Below are positions 56,673 through 64,000 of a stretch of 64,000 nt of DNA, piece by piece (the stretch's first letter is position 1; every line of letters begins with the position of its first letter). The DNA comes from an uncultured Acidimicrobiia bacterium (GTDB lineage: Bacteria > Actinomycetota > Acidimicrobiia > IMCC26256 > JAENVU01): assembly GCA_963770105.1 (NCBI GenBank), contig CAVYOL010000006.1, positions 61,540-125,539 on the forward strand, written 5' to 3'. The position numbers and the translations under genes were made by a program. The notes below the pieces were generated by a model. The model was not told the origin of the DNA. It did not search any database and saw nothing but the letters and a program-made list of their open reading frames with translations.

Positions 56673-58542
56673 ATGGCCAGCAGCACGATGGCCGACCTCA
56701 CCGGCCGAGTTCTCGCCGGCCGCTACCGCCTGCTCGGTTCGATCGGTGCAGGCGCGGGCGGTCGGGTGTACGTCGCCGACGACGTCCGGCTTCGCCGACG
56801 CGTCGCGGTCAAGGTCCTGCACGCCGGCCTTTCGGACGACATCGGGCTTTCTGCGGAGGTTCCGCACCGAAGCGCAGCTCGCGGCGTCGCTGCACCACCC
56901 GAACGTGATGGCCGTCTACGACTGGGGCGAGGACGACGGCGTCCCGTTCATGGTGCTCGAGCTCCTGGAGGGTGGCTCCCTGCGGGGGATGCTCGATGCC
57001 GGCATCCGGCTGACGCCGTCGCAGGCCACCCACGTCGGCCGCCAGGTCGCCGCCGCGCTCGAGTACGCCCACGGGCGGGGCCTGGTCCACCGGGACATCA
57101 AGCCGGCCAACCTCCTCTTCGACGAGCACGGCATCGTGCGCGTCGCCGACTTCGGGCTGGCCCGCGCGCTCGCCGAAGCGAGCTGGACCGAGCCTGCGGG
57201 CACCGTCCTCGGCACCGCGCGGTACGCCTCGCCCGAGCAGGGCACGGCGGGCCGCCTCGACGGGCGCGCGGACCTGTACGCGCTCAGCCTCGTGCTCGTC
57301 GAGTCGGTCACCGGCAACGTCCCGCTCACCGCGGAGACGCCGCTCGGCACGTTGTCGATTCGCACGCGCGAGGCGATCACCGCCCCCGCGTCGCTGCGCG
57401 CGCGTTGGGTCCCGTGCTCGAGCGCGCGGGACAGGTGGACCCCGACGACCGGTACCCGGACGCGCCGACGATGGCCGCGGCGCTCGACGACGTCGCCCGG
57501 GTGCTGCCGCCACCGGGCCCGTTCACGCTCGTCGGTCTCGGCGAGACGGTCCCCGACCCGCACCCCACCCAGGTGGTGAGCCAGACCCGGGACGCGGTCT
57601 TCGACCAGGACGAGAGCAAGGCGAAGAAGCCGGTCATGGCGCCGACGCGCGCCGCCGCGGCGGATGCCGACCGGCCCCGGACCGTCGCGCCCTTCATCCT
57701 CGGCGCGGTGCTGATCATCGCGATCGCCGGCGCGGTGTTCGCGCTGACCCGGCCCCAGAACGGTGCGACCGTCACGGTCCCGAACCTCAAGGGCCTGACC
57801 GAGCAGACCGCACAGAACCAGGCCAACCGGTCCCGGCTGCTGGTCAGCTTCTCGCACAAGAACGCGGACGATCCCAAGGGCACGGTCATGGGCCAGCACC
57901 CCGACGCCGGCTTCTTCCTGGGCCGCGGCGGCACGGTGAACCTGGTCATCTCGAAGGGACCGAAGCCGGTGGCGCTCCCGGCGGTCGCGGGCATGCCCGC
58001 GCCGCAAGCCGAGGCCGCCCTCGCGCAGGCGCTGTTCGTGCCGGTGGTCCAGCACACGTTCGACGAGACGGTGCCCAAGGACGCAGTCGTCAGCACGAGC
58101 CCGGCGGGCAAGGCGCCGCCGGACTCCAAGGTGACGCTCGTCGTCTCCGACGGCCCCGCGCCGGTGACGGTCCCGAACGTGGCCAAGAAGAGCTACGACG
58201 GACGCGGCCGCGCAGATCCAGGCCGCCCGGCTCGTGCCCCAGCGCAGCGACCAGTACAGCGACACGGTGCCGTCCGGCCAGGTCATCGGCACGACCCCCG
58301 CGGCCGGCTCGAAGGCACCGCGGGACTCCGCGGTCACCATCATCGTGAGCAAGGGCACGGACGTGATCCTCGTCCCGAACGTGACCGGGAAGACGATCGA
58401 CGTGGCCACCGCGCTCGCCCAGGCGCAGGGCCTCACCGTCGCGGTCCAGGGCGTGTACACGCCGGGCAAGCCCGTGAAGTCGCAGTCGCCCGCGGCGGGG
58501 CTCCCGGACCGGCGCGGCCAGGTCCTCACGCTGATCTTCTAG
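56673..58542 (+). pseudogene. pknB: Ser/Thr protein kinase with four PASTA repeats (PknB-like), three frame interruptions (near 56850, 57395 and 58205)
   Basis: GAGAGGRVY, VAVKVL, HRDIKPANLLF, DFGLA and ASPEQ kinase motifs, then a TM (VAPFILGAVLIIAIAGAVFAL), then four PASTA-like units (VPNLKG.., LPAVAG.., VPNVAKK.., VPNVTGK..). Confidence 0.9.
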
Positions 58543-58669
58543 ACCGTCGTCGCGGGCCGCCGGCCACCGGCATTCGACCGCCGGGCTCGCTTGAGTCCCC
58601 TGTCGCGCCCGCGCCTACGATTCGCCCGGACCGGAATCAGACGTCAGACGAAACCACGAGATCGGGAGA

Positions 58670-59565
58670 TTGACCAACATGGGTGCACTCGACGGCCGGG
58701 TTGCCATCATCACCGGCGCAGGACGCGGCCTCGGCCGCGAGCACGCGCTCCTCTTCGCGTCCGAGGGCGCCAAGGTGGTCGTGAACGACCTCGGCGGCGA
58801 CATCGACGGGACGGGTGACGACCGTGCGCCCGCGCAGCAGGTCGTCGACGAGATCAAGGCGATGGGCGGCGAGGCGGTCGCCAACGTCGACAACGTGGCC
58901 GACTGGGACGGTGCGCAGAAGCTCATCCAGACCGCGGTCGACACGTTCGGCGGGCTGCACGTGCTGGTCAACAACGCCGGCATCCTGCGGGACCGGGTCA
59001 TCGTGAACATGACCGAGACCGAGTGGGACTCCGTCATCCACGTCCACCTCAAGGGCCACTTCTGCCCGACCCGCTTCGCCGCCTCGTACTGGCGGGAGCA
59101 GAGCAAGGCCGGCAACCCCGGTCAAGGCGTCGATCATCCACACGTCGTCCACGTCCGGGCTGCTCGGCAACCCCGGGCCAGGCCAACTACGGCGCCGCGA
59201 AGAGTGGCATCGCCACGTTCTCCCAGATCTGCTCGATGGAGCTGAGCCGCTACGGCGTGCGCTCGAACGCGATCGCCCCGGCGGCGCGGACCCGGCTCAC
59301 GGAGCAGACGCCCGGCCTGAGCGAGGTCGTGAAGGTGCCCGAGAACGCCGCGACCTTCGACGCGTGGGACCCGGCGAACGTGTCGCCGTTCGTGGCGTAC
59401 CTCGCGACCGAGGACTGCGCCATCAGTGGTGAGGCGTTCCTCGTGCAGGGCGGGGTCGTGCAGCGCTTCGCGCCGTGGACGCTCTCCGAGAAGATCGACA
59501 AGGGCGACCGCTGGACCGTGGCCGAGCTGGCCGCCGAGGCGGACAAGCTGTCCCCGAAGAAGTAG
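58670..59565 (+). pseudogene. short-chain dehydrogenase/reductase, one -1 interruption near 59120
   Basis: TGAGRGLG cofactor motif and NNAG. The catalytic YGAAK is on the second frame piece (ORF 59023..59565). TTG start with the RBS GGGAG. Confidence 0.85.
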
Positions 59566-59580
59566 CGCTACGCGCGTGGT

Positions 59581-59617
59581 CGCGCCCATCGTGGGATGCT
59601 CTCCCACAGTGGGCGCG
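59581..59617 (+). terminator. hairpin 16 nt after the SDR stop
   Basis: CGCGCCCATCGTGGGA-TGCTC-TCCCACAGTGGGCGCG forms a 16-position stem (14 Watson-Crick pairs, 1 GU, 1 mismatch). Confidence 0.5.
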
Positions 59618-59718
59618 CCGCGCGCCTGCCGTCCGATTTCCTCCGGGAACGGCGCTCCTGACCTGGTCAAAGCGGTATGAATGCCGCGCACGCTGCGTGA
59701 ACTTCCTGGAATTGGGTC

Positions 59719-59747
59719 TTGTGAACCCCCCTTCTCCGCACGATAAT
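59719..59747 (+). promoter_or_regulatory. sigma70/SigA-like promoter candidate TTGTGA-N17-GATAAT
   Basis: Located in a locally AT-richer patch, about 65 nt upstream of the small ORF at 59814. Confidence 0.45.
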
Positions 59748-59813
59748 CAACACGGAGAGTGGCAAGGACACCGCCGGGTGATCGGGGGTGCGGGCTGACC
59801 CAGGAGAGCAGGA

Positions 59814-59999
59814 ATGCGCAGACCAGCACGGGGTGGTACCACCCGTCCGCTGAACGCGCGTCCCGGCAACGGGTACGGCCGCCCGCTCCGCCCGGAGCCC
59901 GAGCGCAACCTCACGCCCCGCCCGTGGTTGGACCCGGACTGGTGGAGTGCCATCGTGCTCGAGCCGGAGACCCGCGCCGAGGCCCACGCCGACCGCTAG
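59814..59999 (+). CDS. candidate small Arg/Pro/Trp-rich protein (61 aa)
   Basis: ORF-track entry with the RBS CAGGAGAGCAGGA-ATG and mostly GC3-rich codons. Product: ..LTPRPWLDPDWWSAIVLEPETRAEAHADR. No homology recognised. Confidence 0.35.
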   Translation: MRRPARGGTTRPLNARPGNGYGRPLRPEPERNLTPRPWLDPDWWSAIVLEPETRAEAHADR

Positions 60000-60006
60000 G
60001 TCGTCG

Positions 60007-61290
60007 CTAGTCCGCTCCGACCGCGACGAGGTCGCAGTACCAGGCCAGACCTGCAGCGACGACCGCGCCGACCAGCATCACCACCGTGATGCTCGTCACC
60101 CCGACGAGGGCGCCACCGGCCAGCACGCCGAGTGGCACCACCCCGCCGAAGGCCATGATCCACAGCGCCATGATCCGGCCGCGTATCGCGTCGTCGAGAT
60201 GCTGCTGGAGTGAGATCGACAGCGCCGTGATGACCATGAAGTAGAAGAAGCCGAGGACGAAGGCGACGGGGAACGCGAGCGCCTCGCTGCGCACCAACGC
60301 GAAGGTCGCGAGCACGACGGCGAAGGCGACCAGTGACCGGCGGGCGATCATCGCCTTGGAGTGGTGGGCCAGGTAGGACCCGACGCTGACCGCACCGAGC
60401 GCCGCACCGAGCCCGAACGTCGCGTAGAGGAACCCGTAGACGATGCTCTTGGGCCCGATGCCGAAGTTGGCGTCGGCGATCTCCGGCATCAGGCCGACGA
60501 AGGTCAGCGAGAAGAACGAGAACACGGTCATCGTCACGAGGATCCGGCGGATCAGGGGGTCGGCCGCGGCGATCTTGAAGCCCGAGAGGAAGCGGCTCAG
60601 GCCCGTCTCGGCCGCCGATCGGACCACCCGCGCCGGGTACTTGGCCACGAGCAGGCTCGCGATCGCGAAGACGTAGGTCAGCGCGTTGAGGCCGAACACG
60701 GTGCCGATGCCGAACACCGCGTAGAGCGGCGCACCGATCGCCGGGCCGATGACGCGGGACAGGTTCATCTGGACCGACTGCAGCGATACCGCGCCGGAGA
60801 GGTCCTCCCGGGGCACCAGGGTCGGCAGGAGCGCGCTGATCGCCGGTCCGCTCAGCGCGTTGCCGATCCCGATCAGCAGCACACAGGCGAAGATCGCCCA
60901 CTTGTTCGGGTGCGGCGCCACCGCGAGGACGGCCAGCACGACCGAGAACACGACCTGCTCGAGCTGCATCCAGATGAGCAGCTTCCGGCGGTCGAGGATG
61001 TCGGCGAGGATCCCGCCGAGGGGGGCGAGGAACAGGAGCGGCCCGAGCTGGGCGAAGTAGACGAGCCCGACGTACGAGGCGTCGTGGGTCAGCTTGTAGG
61101 CGAACGCGCCGAGCAGCACGTTCTGCATCCAGGTGCCGATGTTCGACGCGAACGTGCCGGCCCAGACGACCCGGAAGTCCCGGTGCCGGAGGGCCGCGAC
61201 GGCGGTGCCGGTGGTGAGGGGTCGGTCGCCGTCGACCAGCGCGTCGGTGGCTTCCTCGGCGCTGGGGTCGTGCTCACGGCGGAAGGACAT
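60007..61290 (-). CDS. MFS transporter (EntS/MFS_3-like)
   Basis: Intact 427-aa ORF with 12 predicted TM segments. Has ..FRVVWAGTFASNIGTWMQ.. and ..GGILADILDRRKLL.. (MFS loop 2-3 motif). Confidence 0.85.
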   Translation of the reverse strand: MSFRREHDPSAEEATDALVDGDRPLTTGTAVAALRHRDFRVVWAGTFASNIGTWMQNVLLGAFAYKLTHDASYVGLVYFAQLGPLLFLAPLGGILADILDRRKLLIWMQLEQVVFSVVLAVLAVAPHPNKWAIFACVLLIGIGNALSGPAISALLPTLVPREDLSGAVSLQSVQMNLSRVIGPAIGAPLYAVFGIGTVFGLNALTYVFAIASLLVAKYPARVVRSAAETGLSRFLSGFKIAAADPLIRRILVTMTVFSFFSLTFVGLMPEIADANFGIGPKSIVYGFLYATFGLGAALGAVSVGSYLAHHSKAMIARRSLVAFAVVLATFALVRSEALAFPVAFVLGFFYFMVITALSISLQQHLDDAIRGRIMALWIMAFGGVVPLGVLAGGALVGVTSITVVMLVGAVVAAGLAWYCDLVAVGAD

Positions 61291-61360
61291 GGCCGGCCCA
61301 GGCTACGAGCCGCCGCCGGGACGGCCCCAATGGCCGGGGCCGCGCCCCGGTCGGGTCGGT

Positions 61361-61882
61361 TCAGCCCTCGGTGAGTGCGAAGACCGGGTGCTTGGGCGCG
61401 ATCCGTCGCAGCTCGTCCTCCGAGGAGTCCGGGCCGACCCCGTCGAAGAAGACACCGACCTCGGCCTTCCAGCGCTTGAGGTAGGCGCGCATGACGTCGA
61501 TCTTGTCGTCGCCCTCGAGCTCGGTCGCGGTCCAGTGCGTCCGGCGCTTCCCGACCAGGAGGTCGAGGCGACCCTGGTTGGCGCGCACGTTGCGGACCCA
61601 CTGGCCTTCGCCCCGCGGCGACACGAGGTACTGGCGGTCCTCGAACGTCAGCAGGTTGACGGGGGTGTGGCGGGGCTCGCCGGTCTTGCGCCCCGGCACC
61701 TCCAGCACGCGGCTGCCCCAGACGCTGACGCCGACCCGGGTCAGGCCGGCGACCGTGCGGTTGAAGACGTTGCGGGTGAACCAGCCCGGTTCCTGGTAGT
61801 GCTTCTCCGGGGTCGGGCCGTTGGCATCGGTCATGACGAGCTCCTCGGGGGTCGGCTCCATTCCATCACGGTCGCTCGACAC
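61361..61882 (-). CDS. deazaflavin (F420)-dependent nitroreductase-family protein (Ddn-like)
   Basis: ..GSRVLEVPGRKTGEPRHTPVNLLTFEDRQYLVSPRGEGQWVRNVRANQG.. matches this family. The start may be the Met at 61834 (MTDANGP..). Confidence 0.75.
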   Translation of the reverse strand: MSSDRDGMEPTPEELVMTDANGPTPEKHYQEPGWFTRNVFNRTVAGLTRVGVSVWGSRVLEVPGRKTGEPRHTPVNLLTFEDRQYLVSPRGEGQWVRNVRANQGRLDLLVGKRRTHWTATELEGDDKIDVMRAYLKRWKAEVGVFFDGVGPDSSEDELRRIAPKHPVFALTEG

Positions 61883-61924
61883 CGCGTCGTGGTGGCGCGA
61901 CGCGGGCTCAGGAGGCAGCGCGGC

Positions 61925-62230
61925 TCAGCCTGTGGTCGCGGGCGGGTTGTAAGGGTCGATCTCGCGCCCGGATTCGGGCCGGGACTCGTCGGCTGACTGG
62001 GCCTCGATAGCCAGCGCGGCCCGGCGGACCGGCCCTCGGATCGCGACCCAGTACCAGAAGCCACCGACCGCGAACGTGAGAGCGATGAACACGAGCGTCG
62101 AGCGCTTGGTCCGGCCGACCGCGGCGAACGCCTCCGGTTCGTAGTCGACGGCATCGGCGAGCGCACCACCCCACAGCAGCATCCCGATGGCGACGACGAT
62201 CCCGATCACGACGATGAGGAACGTCGGCAT
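61925..62230 (-). CDS. small two-TM membrane protein
   Basis: The internal Met of ORF 61925..62314 gives MPTFLIVVIGIVVAIGMLLWGGA...TLVFIALTFAVGGFWYWVAI... Confidence 0.45.
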   Translation of the reverse strand: MPTFLIVVIGIVVAIGMLLWGGALADAVDYEPEAFAAVGRTKRSTLVFIALTFAVGGFWYWVAIRGPVRRAALAIEAQSADESRPESGREIDPYNPPATTG

Positions 62231-62312
62231 CACGCGAGCGTACCGATCGTCGACTCGCCCTCGGTGCCCGGAGGTTGTGGTCGCCCGACGCAGTAGCGGA
62301 GACTCTCTCGCC

Positions 62313-63642
62313 ATGGCCGACCTGCACTACGCCCGGGCCGACGGGCTCCACCTCGCGTACCGGGTGCATGACGGAGCCGGGGAGCGCGACGTCGTGGTGT
62401 TCACCCCGGGCGGCACGATTCCGATGGACGCGCTCGAGCAGGACCGGATCGGGGCCCGTTTGATCGCGGGACTGTCCGCGATCGGTCGCCTGCTGCTCTT
62501 CGACCGACGCGGGATCGGCCTGTCGGATCCGATCACCGACTGGCAACGCCCGCTGGTCGAGCAATGGGCGGACGACCTCGCCGCGGTCATCACCGAGGCG
62601 GCGCTCGAGCGGCCGGTGGTCGTGGCCCTCGGGGACTACTGGGGGCCGGCGCGGCTCTTTGCCGCCCGGCACCCGGGCCTGCTCAGTCGTCTGGTGCTGT
62701 ACGAGCCGCACGGTCCCGTCGAAGCCGTCGACCTTCGCAACGGAGTGCAGGCACGCATGGCGGAGGTCGGTGGCGCGGGCGACTGGATCGCGGTGGTCTG
62801 CCCGAGCCGTGCGCATGACGTGGCGTTCCACCAGTGGTTCGACAACGCGGGTCGTTCGGGTGCGAGCCCCGCGGTCGCGGCGCGGGTGTACGACCGACCC
62901 GACGGAGCCATCATCGAAGCGTTGCGCGACGCCGAGCGGAGCATCGAGGTGCCGACGCTCGTGCTGCGACGGCCCGAGAACCTCCTCGGGTCTCCCGCAC
63001 CACCCGATCCCGTGGCGGAATCGATCACGGACTGCCGCAGCGTCGCACTCTCCGGGCGCGACTATCACTGGCTCGGTGAGGACGTGGACTCCCTGCTGGC
63101 CGAGATCTCACGCTTCGTCACGGGCGAGTCCCGGCTCCCGGCACCCGAGCGCGTGCTCTGCGCGGTCCTGTTCACGGATCTGGTGGGCTCGACCGAGCGC
63201 CTCAGCACGGTCGGCGACGCGCGGTGGAAGGTGGTCCTGGATCGTCACGACGCGGTCATCCGCGAGGAAGTCGGCCGCAGCGGTGGCACCGTGCTCAAGC
63301 ACACCGGCGATGGGGTCCTGGCCACGCTGCCCTCCGCGGATCGCGCACTGCGCACGGCCGCCGCGATCCGGACAGCGTCTGGGCCACGATGACCTGCAGG
63401 TGCGCATCGGGGTGCACATCGGTGACGTGGATCGACGAGGTGACGATCTCTCCGGCGTCGGCGTCCACCTGGCCGCGCGCGTCCTGGCACTGGCCGGAGC
63501 GGGCGAGATCCTGGTGACCGCGGCGGTCCCGCTTGCAGTTACCGGCTCGGCCTGCGAGTTCCAATCGCGCGGTCTCCACCAGCTCAAGGGGGTCGCGGGC
63601 GAGTGGGAGCTGTTCGAGTACGTGCACGGAGACGCGCCGTAA
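62313..63642 (+). pseudogene. alpha/beta-hydrolase-fold domain fused to class III adenylate/guanylate cyclase, one +1 interruption near 63372
   Basis: N-domain ..LLLFDRRGIGLSD... Cyclase domain VLFTDLVGSTE..HTGDGVLATL.. continues on ORF 62659..63642 (..IGVHIGDVDRRGDDLSGVGVHLAARV..). Confidence 0.8.
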
Positions 63643-63682
63643 TTGGGACCCGGCGGTCGCCGTCGCGTGACAGGGTGCCGGC

Positions 63683-64000
63683 ATGCCTCCGTTGCTCGAT
63701 GCCCCGACGCTCGTCGGTGCGCGGGTGCGGCTCGAGCCGCTCTCGCTGCGCCACGTCGATGACCTGATCGTGGCGTCGGACGACGATCGGTCGACCTACG
63801 ACTACACCACGGTGCCCCACGGTCCCGACGAGGTGCGGCACTACGTGAGCACCCGGTTGGACGAAGCGGCGGCGGGGGAGTGGATGCCGTTCGCGCAGGT
63901 ACGGCTCCCGGACGACCGCGCGGTCGGTGTCACCAACTTCCTGACGTTTCGATGGGAACCGGGCGCCGATCTCCCGTACGCGGTCGAGATCGGCGGGACC
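63683..64000 (+). CDS. GNAT N-acetyltransferase (RimJ/RimL-like), 3' end beyond window
   Basis: From the ATG at 63683: MPPLLDAPTLVGARVRLEPLSLRHVDDL...FAQVRLPDDRAVGVTNF... The frame is open to the window end. Confidence 0.65.
   Translation, partial: MPPLLDAPTLVGARVRLEPLSLRHVDDLIVASDDDRSTYDYTTVPHGPDEVRHYVSTRLDEAAAGEWMPFAQVRLPDDRAVGVTNFLTFRWEPGADLPYAVEIGGT

Overview
Very GC-rich, actinobacterial-type chromosomal segment (GC not computed; the F420-family enzymes, PASTA kinase, iscS-mnmA...ligA synteny and Rv3654c-3660c-like tad cluster all point to Actinobacteria). It is mostly housekeeping: lpd-E2-lipB-lipA, metH, pepA, a PduO-type adenosyltransferase, iscS-mnmA, ligA and a pknB-like kinase. 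No rRNA, tRNA, CRISPR array, transposase or integrase was recognised.

Three accessory modules stand out:
1. A cell-envelope glycan cluster at about 13.9-25.4 kb, with a related GT4/GT4/flippase fragment at 1-3.3 kb. A clear UDP-sulfoquinovose synthase (SQD1/SqdB type) sits next to a polyprenyl-phosphate-type GT2, an epimerase, a flippase-like protein, three large GT-C-like membrane proteins and a glycosidase-like lipoprotein. This is my best candidate for an undescribed system.
2. A complete Gram-positive Tad/Flp-type pilus operon at 34.4-40.7 kb (cpaB-tadZ-tadA-tadB-tadC, a DUF4244-like pilin, two TadE-like genes and a TadG-like gene). It has an upstream LysM/HTH/unknown-gene module. Downstream lie a 450-nt noncoding leader and a secreted Lon-like S16 peptidase.
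3. Scattered signalling and redox oddities: a cupredoxin plus beta-helix exoprotein, a rhodanese-ThiF protein, a cNMP-binding protein, and a hydrolase-cyclase fusion.

Major caveat: at least about 40 single-base frame disruptions interrupt conserved genes, including essential ones (ligA, lpd, metH, pknB). They are strongly biased to +1 and concentrated at 44.9-46.5 kb and 52-59 kb. Uncorrected insertion errors are more likely than real pseudogenes. I typed these genes as pseudogene, meaning 'interrupted as sequenced'. All frameshift positions come from by-eye frame tracking and are approximate (+/- 20 nt).
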